A stretch of DNA of 64,000 nucleotides from Candidatus Kaiserbacteria bacterium (GTDB lineage Bacteria; Patescibacteriota; Minisyncoccia; Phycocordibacterales; Phycocordibacteraceae), in the NCBI GenBank assembly GCA_026396715.1, contig JAPLWH010000014.1, positions 8,063 to 72,062 of the forward strand. Direction: 5' to 3'. The translations under genes and the position numbers were made by a program. The first letter of the stretch is position 1. Each line of letters opens with the position of its first letter. This document shows positions 1 through 8,660 of this stretch, piece after piece. Under the pieces are notes generated by a model. The model searched no databases. It saw nothing but the letters and a program-made list of their open reading frames with translations, and was not told the origin of the DNA.

Positions 1-1
1 G

Positions 2-1213
2 TATGGCTTCCCTGCTCGGAAACTCATCGTCATCGGTATTACCGGCACCAAAGGAAAGTCGACGACCGCCGATATGCTTTTCGGAATCCTGCGCGAAGCG
101 GGATACACGACCGCCCTTCTCTCTACTATTCGTTTTGCGATCGGAGATGATTCAGAACCGAATCTCTACAAGATGTCCCTCCCAGGACGCGGCTTCGCAC
201 AAGCGTTCATGCACCGGGCGCTTCGGGCCGGTTGTACGCACCTTATTATCGAACTAACCTCCGAGAGCGTCCTGCAATACCGACATCTATTCCTCGACCT
301 CGACGCGCTCATCGTGACCAATATCCAACGCGAGCACATTGAGAGCCATGGCTCCTTCGAGAACTATGTCGCGGCGAAACGTGCGATTGTTGCTACGCTC
401 GCTCGCTCGCCAAAGCGCGAGACGATACTTGTGACCAATGAAGACATCCCTGAGAGTCGCGCATTCCTCTCCGCACACGTCTCACGCGCAATCGGCTTCA
501 GCGCAACAGAAATCGAACGACTGCATACGGATGATCGGAGTGCCGATTTTGAATACGCACAGACACACATCTCTCTTCCTCTACCAGGATCTTTCAATGC
601 ACTGAATGCACTCGCGACGCTAAAACTTTGCGAAGCATTCCGCATTCCGCTGTCTACCGCGGCGACTGCGCTCGCGACACTTCCCGTTGTGCGCGGCCGC
701 GTCGAACACATCGATGCGGGGCAGAATTTCCTCGTCGTCGTCGACTATGCGCACACCCCGGACTCGCTCCAAGCGCTCTACGATGCTTTCCCTGCGAAAC
801 GCAAAATCTGCGTCCTCGGGAACACCGGCGGCGGGCGCGACACATGGAAACGTCCGTTGATGGGTCGCATCGCGGATGAAGCGTGCGAGAAAGTCATTCT
901 CACAAATGAAGACCCCTACGATGAAGACCCACGCACAATCGTCGACGCGATGGTGCGCAACATGAAGCACGAGCCTGAAATCATCATGGACCGCCGTGAG
1001 GCTATTCGCGCGGCTCTGCAACTTGCTCTGAGCTTATCGAAGGACGCGCAACCCCTCGACTCTGCTCGGGGTGCCGGAAATAAGGACGTTGCTGTTCTTA
1101 TTTCCGGGAAAGGCACTGACCCATTCATCATGGGCGCGCACGGTACGAAAACACCATGGAGCGATGCGCGCGTCGCCCGCGAAGAACTCGAACGACTTCT
1201 CACTAAAGTTTGA
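2..1213 (+). CDS. murE: UDP-N-acetylmuramoyl-tripeptide synthetase (Mur ligase), 5'-partial
   Basis: Frame runs from the window edge (IGITGTKGKSTT P-loop), with VVDYAHTPDSL and LTNEDPYDEDP motifs. Confidence 0.85.
   Translation, partial: YGFPARKLIVIGITGTKGKSTTADMLFGILREAGYTTALLSTIRFAIGDDSEPNLYKMSLPGRGFAQAFMHRALRAGCTHLIIELTSESVLQYRHLFLDLDALIVTNIQREHIESHGSFENYVAAKRAIVATLARSPKRETILVTNEDIPESRAFLSAHVSRAIGFSATEIERLHTDDRSADFEYAQTHISLPLPGSFNALNALATLKLCEAFRIPLSTAATALATLPVVRGRVEHIDAGQNFLVVVDYAHTPDSLQALYDAFPAKRKICVLGNTGGGRDTWKRPLMGRIADEACEKVILTNEDPYDEDPRTIVDAMVRNMKHEPEIIMDRREAIRAALQLALSLSKDAQPLDSARGAGNKDVAVLISGKGTDPFIMGAHGTKTPWSDARVAREELERLLTKV
1026..1072. repeat. REP-like inverted doublet inserted in frame in murE
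   Basis: CTCTGAGCTTATCGAAGGA ... CCCCTCGACTCTGCTCGGGGT; encodes the extra peptide LSLSKDAQPLDSARG. Confidence 0.55.
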
Positions 1214-1225
1214 TACTATACCCCC

Positions 1226-2179
1226 ATGAGTGATATGCATGACGCGTGGTTTTTCGTAGGTATCTTCGTCTTTATCTTTCTCCTATGGATCGCGACTGGC
1301 GGCCCCCTGCACCCCATCGCCTTTACCGGCCCAAAACTTGCCTCGCCGGGAGTACTTGGCGGCGGAACCTATCTCTCGCTTCCGCGGTCGCCTTATGGCG
1401 TCGGCGGCACGAATATCTCACTTCCCGGATCATCGAGCGGCGGCGGCGCTTTAGACACGGAAGCTTCCCTCCCCATCTTGAGCGGCGCGAGCTTCGGCGC
1501 ACCATCACTCTATCGTTCGATCATTAGAATGAATCACTCTATCTCTGGCGCAAGCTCCAATGATCCAGGGAACGAATACCTGGAAATCTCCGTATCCCAG
1601 AACGCCGGCATGCCCGTCAATCTTTCGGAGTGGTCGCTCAGAAGCGACGCAACCGGCAGCTCGGTGAATATCCCGAAAGGGACCGAAGTGCCGACCTCCG
1701 GCGTCGTAAATGCAAAAGAGAGCATTGTACTTGCACCGGGAGACCGAGCAATCATCATTTCCGGACAATCCCCTATCGGAGCCTCTTTCCGAGAAAATAA
1801 ATGCATCGGTTATTTCAGCACCTTCCAGAAATTCTATCCATCCCTGCCGCAGAACTGTCCACTGCCCACAAATGAACTTACTTCGTTCTATGGCGCCAGC
1901 TATATCCACGACACTGCCTGCATCGAAAGTGTTGATAAAATCTCGCGCTGCCAAGTCATGCTCTCACCGCCCGCCAACGTTTCAAATACCTGTCAAAACT
2001 TTATGGTGAAATATCTCAATTACAACGGATGCGTCGAAGCCCACCGCAAAGACGCCGATTTCCTCGGCAACACTTGGCGCATCTACCTCGGTCGCACGAA
2101 CTCGATGTGGCGCTCGAAATACGAAGTTGTGAAGCTACTCGACGTAAACGGAAAAACGGTCGACGCATTCAGCTACTAG
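1226..2179 (+). CDS. Membrane-anchored exported protein, possible lamin-tail (LTD) domain, Cys-rich C-terminus
   Basis: N-terminal TM helix; PGNEYLEI...VNLSEWSL resembles LTD. Confidence 0.55.
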   Translation: MSDMHDAWFFVGIFVFIFLLWIATGGPLHPIAFTGPKLASPGVLGGGTYLSLPRSPYGVGGTNISLPGSSSGGGALDTEASLPILSGASFGAPSLYRSIIRMNHSISGASSNDPGNEYLEISVSQNAGMPVNLSEWSLRSDATGSSVNIPKGTEVPTSGVVNAKESIVLAPGDRAIIISGQSPIGASFRENKCIGYFSTFQKFYPSLPQNCPLPTNELTSFYGASYIHDTACIESVDKISRCQVMLSPPANVSNTCQNFMVKYLNYNGCVEAHRKDADFLGNTWRIYLGRTNSMWRSKYEVVKLLDVNGKTVDAFSY

Positions 2180-3009
2180 CTTTTAAAAGATTTAATAGCT
2201 TGCTTGAGCAGTTCTCTTTTTTCTATATGTTTCTTCCATCGGCTGTTTGAGCGATTCCCGTTCATGTATACACCCGATGAAAAATTTATTTCCTGCTCAA
2301 ATCGCATCAGGTTTTCTTTTCCCACGATCACTACTTCATTTGGCTTTACCACGTGCGAATCGATACATACCTCGACGAGGATGGCTCGAATGAGTTTGAG
2401 AATACCGACATCTTTCTGGTAGCCGCGTATACTCCTTCTATTTTCCTCAGGTCGATAATCGATACAACCTTCATCATCGAAAAATGCCCGCAGGAACTCG
2501 CGCTTGCAGTCGAGCGACATACTCCTAACGAGTCGTAACAATTCTTTTGACTTCGTATGCAGGTAAGAGCTCAACGCTACATTGTTATAAGTGATACGTG
2601 ATACTCCGGTCATTTTATTGTAATATCGGCTCGGCTCGAAGTCATACCACTCATGCATGAGCTGTTCGACCCGCTCGATGAGTGCCGTACTTCGATTATT
2701 ATAGGCACATCTGGTGCGAGCAATCTCTCCATCGAAGAGCAGGTGTGCAATAAGAAGCACTGAATCGACGGACCATTCGTCGAAGGTCTTGAACGCACGC
2801 GCACTCTTCCCTTTCCGAGCAAGTGCGAATTTTCTTATTCGTTCTCCGGAAGCAGCTTTATATTGCCGCACACGTTCTTTGCTCAAAGGAATGTCTTTGA
2901 TGTGCGTGTGAATAGAACTTTTTGCTCTGCCGGTCGCCTTCATAATTTCAATAATGCTGTAACCCTCCTTTCGCAAGGCTATACATTGCTCTTTGAAAGA
3001 AGTTTTCAT
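2176..3009 (-). CDS. HTH + double-motif LAGLIDADG endonuclease-like protein
   Basis: N-terminal HTH (LRKEGYSIIEIMKATGRAKSSI); LIAHLLFDGEI and FLRAFFDDEGCI motifs. Confidence 0.75.
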   Translation of the reverse strand: MKTSFKEQCIALRKEGYSIIEIMKATGRAKSSIHTHIKDIPLSKERVRQYKAASGERIRKFALARKGKSARAFKTFDEWSVDSVLLIAHLLFDGEIARTRCAYNNRSTALIERVEQLMHEWYDFEPSRYYNKMTGVSRITYNNVALSSYLHTKSKELLRLVRSMSLDCKREFLRAFFDDEGCIDYRPEENRRSIRGYQKDVGILKLIRAILVEVCIDSHVVKPNEVVIVGKENLMRFEQEINFSSGVYMNGNRSNSRWKKHIEKRELLKQAIKSFKS

Positions 3010-3010
3010 G

Positions 3011-3084
3011 TGCGCCCGGATGGATTTGAACCATCGACCAACGGATTAAAAGTCCGATGCTCTACCAGGCTGAGCTACGGGCGC
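3011..3084 (-). tRNA. tRNA-Lys(TTT)
   Basis: GCGCCCGTAGCTCAGCCTGGTAGAGCATCGGACTTTTAATCCG...GGTTCAAATCCATCCGGGCGCA cloverleaf; no encoded CCA. Confidence 0.95.
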
Positions 3085-3257
3085 GTAGTGAGGTGGAACA
3101 AAACAAGTCTGCTTGATTTTGTTCCCGCCGAACGAGCGGCCGTATGGATTACCATACGGGCGCGTAGTGAAACCCTACCATCTCTCACTTATTCCGACGA
3201 CTCCCTTTAGATACTACCATACGCAGGTTCGTAAATCTGCCGGGCGCACTGATATAC

Positions 3258-3289
3258 AAAAAGGCCATGTCCTCGGACATGGCCTTTTT
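3258..3289. terminator. Probable bidirectional intrinsic terminator
   Basis: AAAAAGGCCATGTCC-TC-GGACATGGCCTTTTT hairpin with A/T tails. Confidence 0.7.
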
Positions 3290-3300
3290 CTTTGCTGTTC

Positions 3301-3714
3301 TTACCTAGAAAGATTGGCGACAGTAGCCGTCTGTCTATAAACGAGATACTTGCGCGCGCGAGGATCGTCTACCACCTTCGCGATTTCTTCAGAAGAAAAA
3401 AGTTGCGGCGCTTGGACGCTGAGTCGCACGCTTTCTTCCACAAACTCCCGCCAGCCGGGCGAACCGGGCGCGAAGAGGTCTCTAATCGTGCGATACAGAG
3501 CATCGGCCCACTCTGGGCGAGATGCCGCGCAAACGAGAATTCTAGCCATCGATAAACGATGCGACTGGTGCCGGACGAACGCTCGCATGATTTGCCTCGC
3601 CTTCTTGAGCGTAGGGATGTTCTCGAGGCATTTTGCCGCACCTTCATTCGAGAGAGCTACGGAAAGGACAGCCTCCACATCTTTCCCCAAAGCTGCATGC
3701 CGCGCGTACCTCAT
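3301..3714 (-). CDS. Hypothetical protein
   Basis: 137-aa ORF ending just before the terminator hairpin; no recognisable motif. Confidence 0.45.
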   Translation of the reverse strand: MRYARHAALGKDVEAVLSVALSNEGAAKCLENIPTLKKARQIMRAFVRHQSHRLSMARILVCAASRPEWADALYRTIRDLFAPGSPGWREFVEESVRLSVQAPQLFSSEEIAKVVDDPRARKYLVYRQTATVANLSR

Positions 3715-3819
3715 TGAGAACCTCCTGCGGCGCTGCCGCTTCAGTGGTAGACTGCGCGCGTCGCTTATGCAACCGCGCCTGCTTCCGACTAGATGATAGC
3801 AGAATACGACCCTCGCGCG

Positions 3820-4584
3820 TTATAGGTCCACCACCAACGGCGCATGGTCTGAAACCTCATCAGGCAACACTTTGAAATCCTTTACCTGCACCCCTTTCGT
3901 CACAAACACATAGTCCGCATATTTCTCGGACTTCGTATAAAATGAAGTGCGCGTAGAGAGTACTCCATATTCTTTTATCAAATTTCTTAAACCCGCTCTT
4001 TCAAATAGCTTCACACTCTCTGTATCGGGCAATAAATTGAAATCGCCGCATAGCACGTACTCCCCATCGAGTTTCGACGTAAACTCAAGAATGTTTTTCG
4101 ACTGCTGAATCCGCTCTTCGGTATCTGTCTTACCTTTCCCGTTCCAGAGACCATGGAAATTTATAACCGTCAGCGGCTTCGTAGCCGTGGCAATCGTCAC
4201 ATATTGAATGGATCTGGCATGATCGCCTATATCGATTTCTGAACTATACCCTTTCTGTTTGTACACAAAAAACTCTCCCTCTGTACTGACTTGGAATTCT
4301 TTTCGTACCAGCATCAACAGACCATAATTTTCCCCGAGAAGCGGTCGAAAAAATGTCGCATGATTGGGCAAGACGGCAGAAATCTCTCGTAAAGCGTATA
4401 CCATAGTCTGTTCATTATTCAGTACGACGCCACCCGCGAGACATCCCTCAAGGTAAGGATAGGGTTCAGCCCATATTTCCTGCAAGCAAAAGATATCCGT
4501 CGTATCTGCGTACTTTTTAAAAAAATCCAGGAGCTTCTCCTTCCCCGCTCGCCCGCCCCAGGTGTTGAGAGAAATAATTCGCAT
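3820..4584 (-). CDS. Endonuclease/exonuclease/phosphatase family protein
   Basis: MRIISLNTWGG, DIFCLQE, LCGDFN, SDHAPL motifs. Confidence 0.85.
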   Translation of the reverse strand: MRIISLNTWGGRAGKEKLLDFFKKYADTTDIFCLQEIWAEPYPYLEGCLAGGVVLNNEQTMVYALREISAVLPNHATFFRPLLGENYGLLMLVRKEFQVSTEGEFFVYKQKGYSSEIDIGDHARSIQYVTIATATKPLTVINFHGLWNGKGKTDTEERIQQSKNILEFTSKLDGEYVLCGDFNLLPDTESVKLFERAGLRNLIKEYGVLSTRTSFYTKSEKYADYVFVTKGVQVKDFKVLPDEVSDHAPLVVDL

Positions 4585-4594
4585 AGCAAAAATG

Positions 4595-5287
4595 CTAGAT
4601 CGAGAGCGCGAAGCGCTCGAGGGAGAGCGAGAGATCCGCGTTCCCGCGACGAGCATTCTGCAGGAGCTCGATGAGTGCGAGCGATAATCGTCGCGATTCT
4701 CTCGGCTGCCACGCCCGACTTCCCTTAGCCATCAGGTCGCGCGCTTTCCAATGCAAAAGCCCGTGAAGCATTTCGGGAGCATCGCCAGCTATAAGCGCGC
4801 GGTTGATCTCGAGCCAGAGTTTTTCACGCGAACGCGTTTCGAGCGCATTTGCCAGATTCCCATTGAAGCCGCGCGCGGCTGTGCGCACGGTCGAAATGTC
4901 GAACCGATACTCGACCTTCGCTTTCGCCGCAATCTTCTTTGCTTTCGCTGACGCAAGTTTCGGCGCGAGAATGAGAATTGCATTATCGGACGTGGCGAGC
5001 GCATCCAGCGCGTCTTCAAAGACACTGCTCGAAACATCTTTTTCTTCATCCTCGCCCTCATCGCTTACCGCGGGCGTCGCCGGAAGCGGGTCATCGATGA
5101 GCACCAGAAGCCGCGACACAAAAAGCCCCCCTGAAAGCGCCGCGTCCTCAAGCGTCGCTGCGGAAAGTTCTTCGCGCGTCAGGCGCGCATACGCGAGGTT
5201 CGGCTCTTTCGCACGAGCTTTTGCGACCCATTCAAATGCTTTCGTGCGGACTTTTTCAACGTCTGAACCGTAAAAGAAATAAATCAT
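4595..5287 (-). CDS. holA: DNA polymerase III delta subunit-like
   Basis: MIYFFYGSD start, SGGLF motif, C-terminal LSLERFALSI; downstream of polA. Confidence 0.65.
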   Translation of the reverse strand: MIYFFYGSDVEKVRTKAFEWVAKARAKEPNLAYARLTREELSAATLEDAALSGGLFVSRLLVLIDDPLPATPAVSDEGEDEEKDVSSSVFEDALDALATSDNAILILAPKLASAKAKKIAAKAKVEYRFDISTVRTAARGFNGNLANALETRSREKLWLEINRALIAGDAPEMLHGLLHWKARDLMAKGSRAWQPRESRRLSLALIELLQNARRGNADLSLSLERFALSI

Positions 5288-7698
5288 AGTGAACGCATGG
5301 AACCCCAGTCAGGGCCGGATTTTACCACCGCGAGAATCGGCACATCGTGGGTTGCGGTCGACGACAAGACCGACTCCATGATCTGTTTTATTTTTTCGCC
5401 AAGCGCCGCGATACGTTCGGTGCGAATCTCATAGACGAGTTCGTCGTGCACCTGAAGAAGCAAGTACGCATCCTGGGACGACCCTTCTTTTTCAAGCATC
5501 TCGTCGATACGCACCATCGCAAGCTTGATGATGTCCGCCTGCGTCCCTTGGATCGGTGCATTCACCGCCATACGCTCAGCCTGCGCCCGCACGTACGGCA
5601 ATGACGATTTCATCTCCGGGAACTGGCGGCGTCGCCCGAACAAAGTCTCCGTATAGCCGTGCTTCCTTGCGAAGCCGCGCGTGCTCTCGAGATATTCAGA
5701 AAGCGTCTTGAAGGTCGTGAAATAGTCTTCGAGATACTGATGCGCTTCGGCGGTCGTCGAGCCGAGCTGCCCGCGAAGCGCATTCACACCCATGCCATAG
5801 AGGATGCCAAAGTTGATGACTTTCGCGCGGCGGCGCATCTCGGCGTCGACGGATTCGGGAGCGACATGGAACACTTGCGCGGCGACCTCTCGGTGCACAT
5901 CCCTCCCGCTCCGGAATATGCTACAGAGCTTCTTATCCCCCGAGAGGATCGCCGCGAGACGCAGCTCAATCTGCGAGTAGTCGAGCGCAACGAGCGTAAA
6001 GCCTGCGGGTGCGACGAAGGCGTGACGTATCATCCTGCCCCTCTCAGAATGCAACGGGATATTCTGCAGGTTCGGATTCTGGCTCGACATGCGGCCGGTC
6101 GTCGTACCCGTCTGAAGGAATTGCGCATGCAGACGATGTTCCGCATCGAGGAGTGGCGGAAGATTCTCGATGTACGTCGAGAGCAGCTTCTTTACTTCGC
6201 GATATTCGAGAATGTCATTGATAACCGGATGCATATCGCGAATCTTCTCGAGCTCGCTTTCGCGCGTCGAACGCTGTCCGCCAGCCGTCTTCTTCTGTTT
6301 CTCGGGAATGATTTTCAATTCATCAAAAAGTACTTCTCCGAGCTGTTTAGGAGAGTTCACATTGAACTCGCGTCCCGCGGCGGCGTAGATGCGCTTCTCG
6401 AGCGCTTCGAGCTCAGCGCGATAGGTCGTCGCGAGACCACCAAGCACCTTCGGGTCAATGAGCACGCCGCGTGCCTCCATCTTCCCTATGACCGGTATGA
6501 GTGGTTTCTCGATTTGTGCGTAGACCTCGCGCACCTTGCCCATGGCAGACAATTGTTTTTCAAGCTCCGCGCGCGCCGCGGCGAACGTTCGCTCTTTCGT
6601 GAAAGCGAGGATGTCGTCGAGTGATGGATTCGTAAACTCAGATGAGATGAGCCAAAGCATCACGCCCGCCTCCGCGAGAGCGATCGGGTCGACGTCTTCT
6701 GGAGCAGGTTCAGGCACTGCGACAAAATCAGACGCCGCGCTTGGAAATGAGGTAGCACTCGGGGACGGCGCAAGCACGCTCCGCACGCGATCCTTCAGCG
6801 AACGAAACCCAAACTCGTCGCACATCAAAAATACTTTCGCCAGTTCCGCCGACTCGCGCCACAGACGCTCTGGCAAGACGAATGCAATCGGCGCATCCAG
6901 CCGTATCGTCGCGAGCGATTTCGAAAAGAGCGCCGCCTCCTCATTATCTAAAACAAGCTGCACATACCGCTTTTGAATACCCGCTTCTTTTGCGACCGCC
7001 TCAACACCTTTCTTTTTGAGCGTCTTGTAGATAGCGTCAAGATCTCCGTAATTCTGAATCAGCTTGAGCGCACTCCCTTCGCCGACACCGGGTACTCCCT
7101 GTATGTTATCGGACGGGTCGCCCATGATACCTTTCAAATCTCGAATGAGCGTTGGAGGGAAACCGAATCGCTCCACAACTTTTTCCTCATCATACAAAAT
7201 AGTGTCATTGATACCCTTCTTCAGCGTGAAAACGCGCACGCGCTCGTCGTCGACAAGCTGCAGCATGTCCATATCTCCCGAGGCGATGATGACGTCGATC
7301 CCTTCTTCCCGCAGCTCATGCGCGATAGTGCCGAGCAAGTCGTCTGCCTCGAATCCCTCCCGCTCATACATTGGGATTGAGAACGCCTCGAAGACCTTGC
7401 GCGACTCCTGAATCTGGAGCACGAGCGCATCGTCGGTCTTCCCGCGCGTTCCCTTGTATCCTTCGAACGCTTCGTGGCGAATGGTCGGTTTCGGCAAGTC
7501 AAAGCACGCGGCGATGTAATCGGGCTTCAGGTCGGTGATGATCTTCAGGAGCATCGTGACAAGCCCGTAGAGCGCGCCCGTTGGGGCACCCGTCGGACCG
7601 GTTAATTCTGCCGAGGCGAGCGCATGGTACGCGCGATGGATGATCGCGTGCGTATCCAAAAGCACGATGCGTTTGTTTTTTAAGATTTTTTTACTCAT
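5284..7698 (-). CDS. polA: DNA polymerase I (5'-3' exonuclease + polymerase; proofreading domain apparently reduced)
   Basis: LLDTHAIIHRAYHA, GDPSDNIQGVPGVG, DYSQIELR, KVINFGILYG, LQVHDELV. Confidence 0.95.
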   Translation of the reverse strand: MSKKILKNKRIVLLDTHAIIHRAYHALASAELTGPTGAPTGALYGLVTMLLKIITDLKPDYIAACFDLPKPTIRHEAFEGYKGTRGKTDDALVLQIQESRKVFEAFSIPMYEREGFEADDLLGTIAHELREEGIDVIIASGDMDMLQLVDDERVRVFTLKKGINDTILYDEEKVVERFGFPPTLIRDLKGIMGDPSDNIQGVPGVGEGSALKLIQNYGDLDAIYKTLKKKGVEAVAKEAGIQKRYVQLVLDNEEAALFSKSLATIRLDAPIAFVLPERLWRESAELAKVFLMCDEFGFRSLKDRVRSVLAPSPSATSFPSAASDFVAVPEPAPEDVDPIALAEAGVMLWLISSEFTNPSLDDILAFTKERTFAAARAELEKQLSAMGKVREVYAQIEKPLIPVIGKMEARGVLIDPKVLGGLATTYRAELEALEKRIYAAAGREFNVNSPKQLGEVLFDELKIIPEKQKKTAGGQRSTRESELEKIRDMHPVINDILEYREVKKLLSTYIENLPPLLDAEHRLHAQFLQTGTTTGRMSSQNPNLQNIPLHSERGRMIRHAFVAPAGFTLVALDYSQIELRLAAILSGDKKLCSIFRSGRDVHREVAAQVFHVAPESVDAEMRRRAKVINFGILYGMGVNALRGQLGSTTAEAHQYLEDYFTTFKTLSEYLESTRGFARKHGYTETLFGRRRQFPEMKSSLPYVRAQAERMAVNAPIQGTQADIIKLAMVRIDEMLEKEGSSQDAYLLLQVHDELVYEIRTERIAALGEKIKQIMESVLSSTATHDVPILAVVKSGPDWGSMRSL

Positions 7699-8143
7699 AG
7701 GAAATCGTGCGCGAACCGTCCGTATGCGCGACAAAAGAAAGCTTCTTGAACGGCGTCGGGAGTGCGTCCGCAACCTTCTCCGGCCACTCAAGCAAAATGA
7801 GATTCCCTTCGTCTCGCATCAACTCGTCAAAACCGAGCGGCGCAAGATCACCCCCCTTCTCAAGCCGGTACGCATCGATATGAACAAGTCGCGCGAACTT
7901 GGAAGTTGAACTTCCAAGTTCGCGCGACAGCAGGTAGATTTTCTCGAGGACGAATGTCGGGCTCGTGACAATTTCTTCGACACCAAGTGCGCGAGCAACC
8001 GCTTTCGTAAAAGCCGTCTTTCCTGCCCCGAGTTCGCCCGAGAGCGTGATGAGCGTCGCGCCTCGCGACTGCGGCGCGAGCACGCCGACGAAATTTGCCG
8101 CCTCCGCTTCAAGCTCTTCCAGCGTCCGGATTGTTTTCTCCAT
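7691..8143 (-). CDS. tsaE: tRNA threonylcarbamoyladenosine biosynthesis ATPase
   Basis: LSGELGAGKTAF, VTSPTF, HIDAYRL, LLEWPE. Confidence 0.92.
   Translation of the reverse strand: MEKTIRTLEELEAEAANFVGVLAPQSRGATLITLSGELGAGKTAFTKAVARALGVEEIVTSPTFVLEKIYLLSRELGSSTSKFARLVHIDAYRLEKGGDLAPLGFDELMRDEGNLILLEWPEKVADALPTPFKKLSFVAHTDGSRTISYE
7888..7928. repeat. Perfect palindrome (20-bp arms) in frame inside tsaE
   Basis: GTCGCGCGAACTTGGAAGTT-G-AACTTCCAAGTTCGCGCGAC. Confidence 0.8.
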
Positions 8144-8216
8144 GTAACGCAATTGTACCGCTGAAAAGGAAAAGCCGCTCACCCCTTTCAGGATGAGCGG
8201 CTTTGATAACGAGTGT

Positions 8217-8522
8217 TTACCAAGGGCATGAACCATACGAGCCATACGGACCATACGAACCAGGGAAGGGGTAAAATGGCCAGAACTGATTGGAAGGACA
8301 GGGTTTCCTTTTAGGAGTAGGCGGCGTCGGCACTCGACACACCTTTTCGTTTGTGCTCTCATTTGTCTCCAATTGCGCCGGGAATTCGCAAAAACACTTC
8401 TTTGTCTGGCAGTCCATCGGTATGCGTGCGCGCTTCGGAGGCGCCTCATATTCCGTCGCGCAACCACTCAGCACTAGCAAGACGATGCAACCGAGCAAAG
8501 CAAGCCAATATTCACGTTTCAT
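8217..8522 (-). CDS. Small Cys/Pro-rich lipoprotein
   Basis: Signal peptide with lipobox LSGC; strong SD GGGAGG; C-terminal GSYGPYGSYGS repeat; hairpin terminator at ~8170-8204. Confidence 0.6.
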   Translation of the reverse strand: MKREYWLALLGCIVLLVLSGCATEYEAPPKRARIPMDCQTKKCFCEFPAQLETNESTNEKVCRVPTPPTPKRKPCPSNQFWPFYPFPGSYGPYGSYGSCPW

Positions 8523-8575
8523 ACCCACCTCCCTTCTCTTTAGTAATTTGAATGTCAGCTGATTCTCTGCCAGAG

Positions 8576-8605
8576 ATTATACTACCATTTATACTAAAAT
8601 GTCAA
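8576..8605 (-). promoter_or_regulatory. Sigma70-type promoter for the lipoprotein gene
   Basis: TTGACA-18 nt-TATAAT on the minus strand. Confidence 0.65.
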
Positions 8606-8660
8606 GATATCCCCTCTTCTCGGCTCTCGATGGTAGTATCTACTCTGTTATCATCTCTAC

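Noticed and set aside
5659-6624. Long antisense ORFs opposite polA, nusA (43443-44456), clpP, recJ and virB4
   Set aside because: Expected shadows of GC-biased codon usage on the real strand.
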